Notes: generated by a model not told the origin, from the letters alone. 64,000 bases of DNA from Octopus vulgaris (GCA_951406725.2 OX597820.1:124248001-124312000), one strand, 5' to 3'; numbered from the stretch's first letter, positions 38,352 through 51,754 are shown. Numbers and translations: made by a program.

Positions 38352-39126
38352 TATGGATTATCAGTCTCGGATGCTAGAAATTATTTTAACTTTGATTTTG
38401 CACTAAATATTGAATCTTATTAGATTGGTGCATAATTATTGCGGCTTCTTTTTCAATGAATTCTATTCAACAAAAACAATAACAACATTCAACTAAAGCA
38501 TTTTAAAATGATTATTCCGGAGCATATTCACCATCTACTTCAATTTCTGCTTGGTATTTTGTTTATATTTTGTTGAATAAAATTTATTGAGAAAAACACC
38601 TGCAATAAGTATGCACCAACCTAATATATATTTTATATAATATAGACATTACAAGTTATCTAATGTGTAACAGTCTGTGCTTGGTTATGGCAATCAACTT
38701 CATATCAATACTAGACAGCAGCAACATTTTCGTTAACTCTGAAAGTCCATTGGCTCGGAAGATCTCCTTGACGTGTAACTGAAAATCTATGATCATTTTA
38801 TAAATACACACACACATATGTGTGTGTGTGTTCGTGTGCGTTTTTGTGTGTGTGCATGTGTGTATTCATAAAATGATCGTAGATTTGTTGTCGACTGCTG
38901 ATTTTCATCTACACAACATCATCTTCCGAGCCAATGGGATTTCAGAGTTAACGAAAACGTTGCTGTGTTTAGTCTCGATATGAAGTTGATTGTCATAACA
39001 AGGTACAAACTGTTACACATTAGAAAACTTGTAATATCTATATTAAATAAAATATATAAGTTTCATTATTGAGTGCAAATTCAAAGTTAAATTAATTTCT
39101 AGTGTCTGAGACCGATAATCCATATA
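38352..39126. repeat. Diverged long inverted repeat (~250-bp arms) centred on a (CA)/(TG) microsatellite
   Basis: ATGGATTATCAGTCTCGG...CGTTAACTCTGAAAGTCCATTGGCTCGGAAGAT...GATCATTTTAT mirrors ATAAAATGATC...ATCTTCCGAGCCAATGGGATTTCAGAGTTAACG...GAGACCGATAATCCAT. Confidence 0.9.
38420..38624. mobile_element. mariner-derived MITE with TA TSD
   Basis: TIRs TTAGATTGGTGCATAATTATTGC / GCAATAAGTATGCACCAACCTAA (Hsmar1/MADE1-like ends); absent from the opposite arm of the host inverted repeat. Confidence 0.9.
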
Positions 39127-39450
39127 TTGAAAATTATCTCCATAACAATGTATCGATACGAATTATTTAATTATGTACGAGTGAATAATTAATTTAATCT
39201 ATCATTAAACACATGATGAATAGTAAATCATTCACAAGTTATGCTATTACTCTATCGGATTTTGTTTGAAATATTTACCTAATTTGTGAGACTGTCGCAA
39301 TAGATAAGAAAGTGGAAAGTCTGCTAAAAAATATTATCTCATACTACACTCACCCCCACCATACACACACATACGCATATATATTTCATATGTATATATT
39401 TGTGTTTGTGTATGTGTATGTATGTATGTATGTATATATGTATGTATGTA

Positions 39451-39517
<67 letters not shown>

Positions 39518-39688
39518 CTTTACACACTTATGTGTGCATATATACATATATATATGTGTGTGTGTGTGCATACATTCATATCCATGCATTCATATGACTA
39601 TCTTTCATCTCTACCATGTTGAAGTTAGTTGCAGCAACTGGTGAAAGTTTAAAATATAGCGTCAAGTTAGTTTAGAACCTATATAGTT

Positions 39689-39748
<60 letters not shown>

Positions 39749-39789
39749 TCTTAGTGGCTTCCTTCGAGGAAGAAGATACCTCACACTAG

Positions 39790-41045
39790 GTCCTGAAACA
39801 ACAGCTTACCATTCAGGTCCCAGTGTGATATACCTTTATTTTGTAAAGACATTTGATACGATAGATTATGGCATGATATGTCATACGCTGCCATATGGTA
39901 AACTGGGAGAATGGTAAACTGTGAGAATGGTAAACTTGGAGAATGGTAAACTTAGCAGTGATGGTAAACTGGGAGAAGGGTTGTATGACTTCTGTAAAGA
40001 CAAATGTCAGGCAGTTGCAACCGATGATGCCATTTTCGACGCAACCCAAATACTAGGGACATCCTCATGGTCACACGCACATCATCTGTTACTAGCCAAA
40101 AAATTAACACAGGCAAGAAAAATCCCAGATGACGTTGCAAGCTTACAGGGAGACCTCAATTTAATACACAAGTGGGATGAAGTAATCAGTATCCAATTTA
40201 ATGCTGGAGAATTTCAAGCTCTGCGTTATCCACCTACGAAGTAACCGTGGCTTGCATTTACAGGACCCGAATCACTGCAATCCCACAGATAGTGAAAGAC
40301 TTGGGGATCATTATGTGCATTGATACATCATGTTATATGCACATTATCAAAATGGCAGCAAAGTGCAAACAACTCTTCAAGACAAGAGTCCAAGGAGTTA
40401 TGTTAACCTTGTGGAAAACCTTTGTTCTCAGCTACCTCGGCTACTGCTCTCAACTGTGGTCACCACATATAGCCAAACTAACAGCGGAGTTAGAGGTAGT
40501 CGAACGCCACTCCACTTAAATGATGGAAAAATTGCAGCGGGTGAGCGACAGGAATCGGCTGAAAAACCTGCGACATTGGTAATATTCTACATATGGAAAA
40601 CTCTAGAAGTTCTAGCACCCAATTTTAGCATCGTATCTTATACAGATGCTAGATATCGACGTCATTGGATTGTACCAAAGGTACTTTCCACTCCATCTAA
40701 ATTCAAAACTTGGTGTAATAGCCTAGGCTTCAAAGGCCTCCAGTTCTTCGATGCCCTGTCATAAAAATTAAGAAATCTACATAATGTGGACTTAGGTGTA
40801 TTCAGAAAGGAACTAGACACCCTCCTTTCCTTAGTACTGGATCAACCAACGGCCCAGCATGAGATACAGACGACTGCAGCAAAATGAAAACTCCCTCATA
40901 CATTCAATGGGCAAACAACTGGAACAAAGCACATACAAGAGTGGTGATGTAAAAACTCCCAGTTTGAGGAAATCAGGAAGATCACGGTGATACTCGAGCA
41001 TGACCGTTGCTGCGGGGTTAAAACGTATAAAAGAATAGAATAAAT
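39790..41045 (+). mobile_element. 5'-truncated, decayed CR1-like LINE (RT C-terminal half and 3' tail)
   Basis: KTFDTIDYG, SLQGDLNLIHKW..QFN, VKDLGII, LWKTFVLSYLGYCSQLWSPH..LE, YIWK; 3' tail GGTGATACTCGAGCATGACC...AAAAGAATAGAAT. Confidence 0.88.
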
Positions 41046-41848
41046 GAATACACACACTCACATATAGGTATACATTTAATTTTATACGTTGGAATATACA
41101 TTCAAATTAATTCTTTTTAATTCAGAATTAGAGATTAACGCTGATAATTGCAGCGTCTTTGTGTAATTCTGTACGCGAGTTTGTGCATTGTTTTATAAAA
41201 AGATTATGCAGTGCTGAACGAGATAAAATCTTCAAAATCTAGAGTATTTATGAGTAAAATGCTAAGTGTTTTTCTTTTTCAACGGCATCTTAAAAATTGT
41301 TTAGATAGTTACACAAAACTTGCAACATTTTCTTAAATGTCACACATCTATTATGCTGTTTTGTGCGTTAATAGAGATAAACTTACCATTGAATTAAATC
41401 TTATCAGAAATTCTATCTTTGCAAGCATTTCTATACAAAGACGTTACAAGGATACATTTTCCCGTTTCATAGTACAAATTGTGCTCTCCCTATATTTGTA
41501 CCAATGCATTTATTTCGGTAACATCAACGTTAACGAGGCTATACTAGGTTACCATTTCTATGCTGTCTGCAAATGATATAAGTATATTCTATTTTGGTAA
41601 TAAGTAGGACTGGTAAAACGATATGCGTATGCAGTTGCTTCAGTTTATTTCATTGATCTTTAATTGAAATATAACTTTAACACTGGGATCCATATACTCA
41701 ACAGCTAACTTTTTTTACGGAGGCTTTGATTTTGCGCTTAATATCATAGTCTAACATTATGCTATACAGAAACGTTATCCATTATAATTAATATCACCAT
41801 GCGCAAAGCAATCCCCTCCGTGTTTGACATAAGCAATATCTATCTATA

Positions 41849-41951
<103 letters not shown>

Positions 41952-41977
41952 TTATATACATACAGGTATATAAATAT

Positions 41978-42011
<34 letters not shown>

Positions 42012-42014
42012 CAT

Positions 42015-42211
42015 TCAAAATGTGACCACGTGTGTACCGTTGGCGATTTTTTTTCCTCTGTCTTCCTTCTCTGGATCTTTCCTTCTCCTATGTTTCCGAC
42101 GAAGAGCTCCGCTCGAAACGTTAAACCATCCTTCTTTCCGTCTTTCCTGAGCGTCCAATAATACTATATTTGTTCCACGTCCTCGCGGTGTTGTGTTTTT
42201 GTGCTTTCTTG

Positions 42212-42216
<5 letters not shown>
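42015..42216 (+). mobile_element. Solo PLE pseudo-LTR cassette with hammerhead
   Basis: Homologous to 15015-15230; (TA)n on both sides. Confidence 0.8.
42092..42126 (+). ncRNA. Minimal type I hammerhead ribozyme motif
   Basis: GTTT-CCGACGA-A-GAGC TCC GCTC-GAAAC-GTT-AAAC; perfect 4-bp stem I and stem II. Confidence 0.75.
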
Positions 42217-42275
<59 letters not shown>

Positions 42276-42706
42276 CATACATATTTAAATGCATCCATAC
42301 ATACACACACACACAAACACACATACACACTACGTAAAGGTGAAGTTGACGCACTCGTAAAACTAAATAGGAAAAGAATCTGAAAACGCAGGTGTCTTTT
42401 AAAAGTATTCACTAACTAAGCCTGTTTCACTTATTCGAAAAGAATTTCAAGTAAAGTATGAAGATTTATGTATCCTCTGTGGTGTGAGAAATTAATTTAC
42501 ATAAATGTATTCAAATCAAGTGAGGGAGTCTTTGATATTGATAATAAAAAGTGCGAGGCTTTGTGAATCTCCTGTAATGAGTCAAGAAATTGTTAAGATC
42601 AGGTAATAAAATCAGGTAATAAAACGTGTTAAGTATTAAATACTTTTAAATACTTTTAAAAGTTTCCTGAAATTTAATTTTTTTTTTCCTTATATATATA
42701 TATATA

Positions 42707-42795
42707 AACCTTGGGCATGTGTCTTCTGCTGTAGCCTCGAGCATTGTGAGTGGATTTGGGAGATAGAAAATGAAAGAAGCCCTTCGTATGTATGC

Positions 42796-42886
<91 letters not shown>

Positions 42887-43004
42887 CATGTATGTATGTA
42901 TGTAATTATGTATGTATGTATGTATGTGTGTATGCGTGTGTGTGTTTGTGTGTCTTTGTTGGTCCCCCACTATCGCATGACAACCGATGTTGGTGTGTTT
43001 ACGT
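42707..43004 (+). mobile_element. Family-1 SINE body with expanded internal microsatellite
   Basis: CCTTGGGCATGTGTCTTCTGCT...GAAAGAAGCCCTTCG-(TA/TATG)n-GTCCCCC..GACAACCGATGTTGGTGTGTTTACGT. Confidence 0.85.
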
Positions 43005-44294
43005 GAAATTCAGCTGCATTCAGTTTTGTATCTTCTGAGGGCAGTGAAATACGTACTAGTTGAGAACTGGATCCGATGTAATCGAGTAAATTATTCCCTA
43101 GAAGGTTGATACCATAAATTCAAGTCATTATTTTGCTTTGCTCATGTTGTTGTTACTTATTTTAGTCAGAAAGTCAGAAATGTTCTACTTTGGGGTAAAT
43201 ATACAATGCAGTCGACTAAATCCATTTAGTTGATGTGTCGTTAATTTTTCAATCCTGGAAGAGTGAAACGCAACAGTTAACATTAACGGGATTCGATACC
43301 GAAATGAACGAGACGAAACTGATTTCATTATAAAATTTTACTCGTTAATGCATCGTGTTATTATTGTTATGATTACGATGATATTGCCATAATGTGACTG
43401 CTGCTGAAACTGGTGATGTTAGTGATGATGATGATGATGGTGATGATGATTATGATGATGATGTTAAGGAGAAACTGACAGAGAAGGACCCGTGGGAGAA
43501 AGAAGGCTATGATAATTATATTGAAAGGCTGTTCAAAAGGATAATGATAAAAGGTATACCGCAAGGAAAAAACGGAAAACTTGTCGGAGTTATGTTCTTG
43601 AACTGGAAGAGAACACAAGAATCGTGACAATTCAATTCTGCTGCAGATTTAAATAATTTTTTTTGTTACTTTATTTAAAAAAAAATATTATTCATGTCAA
43701 ATAATAGTGCAAAATAAAGTTATTTTAATTCATCTGCATGGTATTTTTTCTTTTCTTTTAACTTTTTATAAGTTTTTGTTTTCCTTTTATAATTTTTACA
43801 GCAATCTTCTAATTGGAGTTTACTTCGACAAGTTTATCCTTAACGCATATTTGAAGAAAGAGGCGTGCTTTCAGGTTAAAAAGTGTGTTTCTTTATTCTT
43901 ACGCAGAATAATTAGTCTCTAAGGCATATATTTAAAAACGGCTGCTTTCTGTGCTTCCACGCATTTCACTTATAAGCTATTAACTTTTTTTGTATATGTG
44001 TTTTATCCGTCATGTATTTGCACTATTATTAAATAATTATTTGGTGCGAACGATAAAATAATTCATACATTTTACAGAAAAAGCAAAAACAGGTAAATAA
44101 TAAAAATAAATTATATTTATAGCTTAATTTGCTTCAAATTTACTGTGTATAAGAAATAAAAGAAAAGTATATATCATATAAAATTTAAACTGACAATAAG
44201 ACTAATAGTGGTATAGGTGTGTGTGCCTGTGTAAGTAGATACATACACATAGGTATCAATAGACACACGCACGCACACACAAAGACACACATAC

Positions 44295-44352
<58 letters not shown>

Positions 44353-44652
44353 TAACAATCACACGTATAATTATATATATATATGTTTACGGAGAGAGAG
44401 AGAGAGAGAGACTGAGAGAGAGAAAAATAGTGAGGGACTATCAATCCGAGCAAAATACTTCATAAGTTCTCTGTTGTTACATCAGTCTGACAATGTTATT
44501 TAGATTGGTGAAAAACTCCAAGTAGTAATTTAGTAGAGTCCCAACTTATGGATCATCACAGTTGTATAGTGTAAATTCGTGGATGGTCGTCAGATAAATT
44601 GTTTTTTACCGAGTGATGTATAACAAAGACACACACAGACATTTATATATGA

Positions 44653-44718
<66 letters not shown>

Positions 44719-44755
44719 AAGGATATATTTATATATATATATGAAAAAAAAGATA

Positions 44756-44819
<64 letters not shown>

Positions 44820-44837
44820 GTACCATTTTCTCACACC

Positions 44838-44885
44838 GTCTCCGATGAAGAGATATTGAAAATATCCCGGAAACAGCTGTAAGAC
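44838..44885 (+). ncRNA. Type I hammerhead ribozyme motif in a ~130-bp island (44818-44948) between (TA)n runs
   Basis: GTCT-CCGATGA-A-GAGATATT GAA AATATCCC-G-GAAAC-AGCT-GTA-AGAC; perfect stem I, 7/8 stem II, palindromic stem III ACAGCTGT. Confidence 0.75.
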
Positions 44886-46849
44886 ATATTTATAAATGTT
44901 CTGAAATCATTCACAGCCAGGGATTTTTATCTCATTCTGCTAACTTTATATTTATATATATATATATATATATTTGGGGAGCGGGAGTATGTGTGTATAT
45001 ATGCATGTACATATGTAATCATGTGTGTATGTGTATATTTTATGTTAACGCAGTGCCAGTTATTTCATGCACACTCTGATTATTTACATGCAGCGTGAAG
45101 TAGACAGACATCAGTGTATGCAGCGTATTTATTCAAGCAACATTCCCTATTCCAAAAGATGACTCAAAGAGTATGTGTTTGAAGGGAAAGAATCCTTCCA
45201 ATATTATGTAATCAGAATTTTCCCAATTGTTCTGCTTTCTAAGCTAATTATTATCTGTGATGACAAAATGTTAAATATTTATGTACTCATACAGGATAAT
45301 CTATAAGAATGTCGTCGTTATGCTGTTACGCAATTTTTAATTTTTAATTAGGATGCACGCTCTAGAACGTATACGCACAACTCAATGTTGACGAAGGTGG
45401 TAAGTTGCGTTGTTGTAACATCAGCCAGAGCATTTCTTAATTAACCTGTAGTTATTGCTGAAATCAATTAAAGTGCTTACAACTTCCATTCATTATATTT
45501 TCAGGAAAAGTGGTCGGATGATGATGGTGTTGTTCGAATGGCAAATGTCACTGCACATTACTTGTTGTGTACATGATTTTTGAAAACACTTATCTCGTAT
45601 AAGTTTTTTGTGGGGCTTGTGGGTACTGTAGAATTTTATGGTGTTGAATGATCTGATGTTGAACTTACTTGAAATGTTTCGTTCTGGATTGAAAAAGATT
45701 TGGGATGCAAAAAATTCATAGGTTGGAAAGATCCAGCTTAAGTGGCTATTAGTTAGTCAGTGTTGATTAGAATATGCTTGAAGCGTCCTTTAAAGTTTTA
45801 ACTGCCTTATACTTGAACATAGTGTGAATGTTTCTTCTCTGTGGTAAAATTAATGTATATTTAACATCTCTGTTAAACCAAGGTTAGATACGTGGCATTG
45901 CCCAATATACTTATTAGTATTTCTAACGAAGACCCAGTCTATAGATGGATTGAGCATCCCACGATACATTAAAACCAAGGGGAACCTATACAAAGTTATA
46001 TGCAAATGCCATATGGCTTCTTTACAGGCTTAATCTATGTAATAAAACAAGTTCCATCTTTGAAAACGAGGTAAATATCCAACGAATAATTACCAACATC
46101 TACACAATTACACCAATGAATTTAATTATAGTTTACGCAATGAACAACATATAGACAAATCAATGTATGGATGTCTTTACTTGACGTGAAATATCATCAT
46201 CCATTTAATTAATGTGAAGATACTTAAATATTAAATATTAATTAGATATTCATTAGAACTCAATGGCTGATATTCTTTTAATTATTTGGGCAATTACAAG
46301 TGATAACATAGATGTTCTGGACTTTTAGACAACCTAATTGAAATGTAAGACTTCTGTACGTGCTGATGTACTGCTGAGAAAATCACTTAGTATATATTCA
46401 ATATTTTACATGAAAATTAACATAACCTTTTAAAATCAATTAGCGAGATAAGTCAAAACCTAGATGCCAAACAATAGAAAATAATATTTGAAGTTATTTT
46501 AACCTATTCTATTTAGTGACAATTCAGTGACTAGAATCATATCTTGGCATTGAAATAATTATGGGCTTTCGTCATTGAGAAATCATGTTAACTTACTTTA
46601 TGAAGTTGACGGCATTACGTATGTTAATGCTATCCTTACAAGCAATATGAACGGCTTTTTTTTCTGATAGCTTGCATTACAATCTCGAAACGTATTTAGA
46701 AATGACCTTGGCCAAGACATTATAAATATATATATATTAGACATCGTATATGCAACCCGTTTATGAAGCCACTTAAATACTAGCCAGCACGAGTGGAAGC
46801 GCCAGTTTTCTTGTGTAACCTTAGAATTCTTTTATTTCCCAACATATCC

Positions 46850-47200
46850 TGTTTTCAAATACTATAATCATGAAACTGTGCATTCTCTATTAAAGCTCCT
46901 GTTTCTACGCGAAATTAACAGAAAAATCTGATACCAAGTCATATGCTTATAAATTTGTTGGGTTGATCGTACACTACTCATCAAGAATACGATGGAAGGA
47001 AGAAATTGATGGATTAAAACGTTTATTAGATATTTTTGTATTAAAATGATAAAAATCCGTATACTCAAATCCTTGTAATAATTGTGGCAACAAAATGACC
47101 CTATATCAAGATATAAAACTGGAGATAAACTCTAACTAATCTATCACGTTATTTTACACTCGATACTCTTATAAGTTTGAGTTCCTGGAAATAATAAATG
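46850..47200 (-). mobile_element. Very decayed LINE RT fragment
   Basis: YRVILLPQLLQGFE (cf. YRPISLL..SKVFE) and AYDLVS (cf. KAFD). Confidence 0.3.
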
Positions 47201-47819
47201 TCAAAAAGTATATAAAATATTGATAGTAAAATCTCTTGGAAATGTTTACAGATAGTTCCTTACAAACGGAATATTAGAGAAAAATTTATACATAATATAT
47301 TATTTACTTTTAACTACCGTGTTTAAATGACTTAGTTGAGAAAGCTAGAACAAAATAGACTGAAATTCAAGGTATTAAAAGCATCAAATTGTGTACTTAT
47401 GAAAAACAATTTGATTACAATTAAAAGTGATTTATTCGAAAGAAATATTCTAGTTGTAGAATATTTTAACTTCTTATAAAACAAGCCATAAAACAAAGCA
47501 TAAAGTCCATGGCATCGGATTATAAATACATGTTAATAATAGAGAACTAGAACACTAATATTAAACACAAACCAACGAAAGCAAAGAAACCTACAATCTG
47601 TGCGCTTGGTGAAAATGTAATTTTACAAAAGAAAAGAAACAAGTGTTACGCTGCTGTAATGCAGATAGAGAAACCTAGGTAGCCTCACACACCTGCTGAT
47701 CCTACTTTTACGGCAACTTATAATCTGTACGTAATGTAGGGTACAGTATGAGCGAAAATTTATAAATCGTTAGTTAGAAAAACATTTCTTTCGTATAGAA
47801 TTTTAATGATTGGCAATTT

Positions 47820-49140
47820 TTTTCTCTCTTATAGAAATACTCTCTATTCTCTGAGGTAACCTTACATCTGTATACGAAATTTTGATACCTACAATTAGAA
47901 TTTAGCGGGTGAACCCTGTTCCTTGCACAATCACATTTGATACTCCTGTTACTTCCATTGATAGTTTTCACTGAAGTTTCACTAGAAGGGATTTCTAAAG
48001 TCTCTTGTCTTCTAAGCTATAACTCTTTCCCACATAGATAACATTTTGAGTACTGCGCTTTCTAGGATTCACATCTTCCACTTTCAGACTAATGCGGCGT
48101 TTTTTTCGGGTAGATTTTATTTTATTGGTTGTGAAACTATAATTCCTTTCCTGATACCTAGTTGGATTAACTATGGTTTGGTCGCTCATTGCATTGTTGC
48201 TATTTATTGATCTATATTGATTATTCTGGCTACCATTGTTGTTAGTGTGCATATGGAAACTATGTAACATAATAGCGCTGTGTGTTGCTATACTTTGTGC
48301 GAGATTATGCTATTAGAAAAGGTTAGTCTAAATCTATGTTTATTAAAATGCTATAGTATTTACTGTCTTTTGGGAAATATTTAGCCTTTCACGAATAGAA
48401 CAATTTAAGTATATTGGAAATTATTTGTTTTCCGAGGGGGATTATATACCACTCGATATTGCTAGAGATATCTATGTAGCATATATTTCTACTTTTACTT
48501 AGGCTTTTCATGAAAGTGTTACCTATCAACCTTGATTTATTTCGGCATTGGGTTTTCTTGCTAATATATATTTGTCAGTTATTTGTGTAGTATTAATGTG
48601 TATTACTATATGAATGGAACTTCTCCATAGGTCCATCCTCATCTAAATCCTTTAACACTTTATTTTTCGTTCTAGGCACTCCATTGTTGTATTCTAATTG
48701 TACGGACGTTCTTTAAATCTTCCTACTGTCCGTACTTGGTGGTAAGTTGCGTTCTTCATATTATGAATGCCATTTCATTATTCCTAGGCTGGTCCATCTC
48801 ACTACGTTTATTAATTCTATCGTTTCTACCGTTAAAGAATTTAAATGTTCCTCTATATCCGCGTTCTTTAATGAAAACTTATAAAAAGCCTCGTTTAGTT
48901 GAAATACTCCCTCGCATCCTTAGAGTTTATTAATGCGGGTTTTTTTAAATTATAGACCGCGTTATTCATGATGGATGTTTGCTAGAGCACTGTATCTAAG
49001 GTGCATATTAGGCTTGTGATATGGCCTGCGTATGTCTGTGCTTAGATCTAAATTAACATCACGTAAGTTTACTGATACTGATATTGAAATCCTATGTTTT
49101 AAAAAATATTTGAATCGATTGACTTTGAAAATGTTGTGTG
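47820..49140 (-). mobile_element. Second Penelope-like element family, decayed and truncated
   Basis: VNLRDVNLDLSTD..RPYHKPN (PLE RT), WYIIPLG (cf. IIWFNPP), CDCARNRVHPLNSNCRYQNFVYRCKVT..EYFY (start of GIY-YIG). Confidence 0.8.
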
Positions 49141-49145
49141 TAAAG

Positions 49146-49230
49146 GACCCTTAATCAAATTGCACCGACAATAATACATAATTGCATACAACACAATATG
49201 CAGTAGCTGCAGTCGAAACATATGTAGGTC
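49146..49230 (+). ncRNA. Decayed hammerhead at the PLE 5' truncation (inverted pseudo-LTR)
   Basis: GACC-(CTTAATCA, eroded core)-ATTGCA...TGCAGT-C-GAAAC-ATAT-GTA-GGTC; stems I and II and palindromic stem III retained. Confidence 0.45.
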
Positions 49231-49490
49231 AGATGTATATTCTGTAGAAAACTTTTAAATAAATACGTTTTAGGATGTGAATGATATTTCCAATTCTCTA
49301 TTATCAGCATTATTATAAACTCTTTTTGGATTGTCTGAATAGGAACTCGAACTTACCCTACGTGTGAAGTTTGCAATATCAGTATATCTTTCTAAGCTTG
49401 AGTACTATATAATGGGTTGTTGTGGATAGTCGGCATCTAAACTACTGTCGGAGATAATGCAGTATCTGCCAAGATAACTTATCCCTTTTT

Positions 49491-49530
<40 letters not shown>

Positions 49531-50272
49531 TCTCTCTGAATCTATCATATATATGTATATATACATATATATTGTATATGTTTATGCATCGCATTAGTTA
49601 CGATGTTACATTTAAGCAAAGTGTACAAGCAGGTGTTATCTCCTCATAGTTAAGAATATATTGGTGTACGGTTTACCTATTTATTATTATTCTTAGACAA
49701 TAATTGTTTAAAGAACAAGGACGCATGCTTAGCAATCTTCATTGTTTACAATTATCTATAAAGCATACAAACCAGAAGCTCAATAAACTGCTGAGTTCTG
49801 TTTTCATATGACGTTTATCTCATAGTGGACTAGGCAATGACACTGAATAAGAAATACATGTCGAAATACATTTTATCGAGACCTTAAAATATGGAGCCCA
49901 TATTCTTTTAATACCCAATGAAAAGCTCTATTCTAGATAGAAAAACAACATTTGTCCTAGTTCATATAGGGAGAGAATATCTCTAATCGAAGAATGTCCC
50001 CCTTACTTCCTTTCTTTTACACTTTCTCTCTTTTCTTTTGCTTCCTCTTCTTCCCTGTAGACAGAAGGTGATTATTATTCTAACGTGATCAATTACTGTT
50101 TTCTAGCTGCAGAGAAAATCAACGATATGTGCCCATACCGAGGCTAAAGCACTATCTTTCTTAAAAGATATAAACGTACATTACATATTTTGCAAGACAT
50201 GTATCCAGTACTCTCTAGCTCTGACTGTCTGTCTGTCCGTCTGTTAATCTGTCTCCCATCTCACTCTCTCTC

Positions 50273-50329
<57 letters not shown>

Positions 50330-51370
50330 TATATATAATAGATACATATATGCATACATTAATATACATTAATTATACATTATTATACATTAATTATACA
50401 ATAATATGTGTATACATATTAATACGTTAATATATATATATATATATGCATAGAGATATATATTGTTGGTAAGTATCAAATGAGATATTTCGTTTCTCTA
50501 CACAGAGAAAAACAATCCTATGAGAATTTAGCGCATACGGGCTGGTCCAATGCACGCGTTATGTTGAAATGTACGCTGGTGGTATACTCTCGGGTGTCCG
50601 ATAAATCGTACATCCCCTTGCCGAATTATAAGCCTATGACTAATAATAGATGATGGATAATTGTCAGAACATTACATCTGTTTCTTACGCATTTTTAATA
50701 GAAGAACGAGAACATTAGATGAAATATAAATTTACAAAAGAAAGACTATCACAAGAATACAACAGGGACGTGCTGAAGTCTGTCGAAGCTATGTATGAAA
50801 TGGGAATATATATATACATGTAAACAAAGAAAATAAACACAGAAGATTTTCAGAAGATGAATATTTAAGTATAAATATATAAACATGTATATATAATGTT
50901 TAATGTAGTAATTTCCCGAGTAGTAGCATCATAGATTTTATTAGCGTTTTACCCCTTTAACTGGTAATTAACACCCTATTAGGGGTCTTCCCCTACCCAG
51001 TTTCCGTTATAGATAGTTCCTTTATACTACTCCTAAAATCTTGACAATATTTATGACCATACGTAGCTATGAGCTATCAATTCACTCCAACCAACTTCAT
51101 GCATTTCTTGGAATTGTAGTATATTCTTAGCTACAATAGCGACAACATGGATTCTTCTATCTTTTTGGTCTGTTTGAGTATTTGAGTAAAATTATATTGT
51201 GTCCAATTGATTAGAATTTTATTTATTTATTTGTGCAGCTGAGTATAGCGCTGCATGTAAATTGATATAATGATTGCATTGTTCAATTAAATGGAGCCGC
51301 TTGAAACGGTCGTCGTGCATCAGTTCTTGATATTATGTTGCTTATTTTCATTTTACACACACACACACAT

Positions 51371-51459
<89 letters not shown>

Positions 51460-51704
51460 CAAAGTTTGAGGATTTAATTCACAGGTGAGCAAAGCGATTA
51501 TTTACACTGGGTAAATATTGTAACGGATCACTGGGGCTCGCAGGTTATTTCTAATGTATCTAATTTATAATTGTTAAACAGGACCTCAAACATTAAGGTA
51601 AGGCACAAGTTGTATATAATATTATAATAATATTGTATACAACTTGAGATGCTTTCTTTGCCTTAATGTTTGATGTCATGTTTAACACTTATATATATAT
51701 ATAC

Positions 51705-51754
<50 letters not shown>

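Noticed and set aside
39895-39977. ~16-bp tandem repeat ATGGTAAACT(G)GGAGA
   Set aside because: Local slippage expansion inside the decayed CR1-like RT; no independent significance.
43394-43627. 77-aa acidic ORF containing KGIPQG
   Set aside because: Starts in a (GAT)n microsatellite; a single RT-like tetrapeptide is insufficient to classify it.
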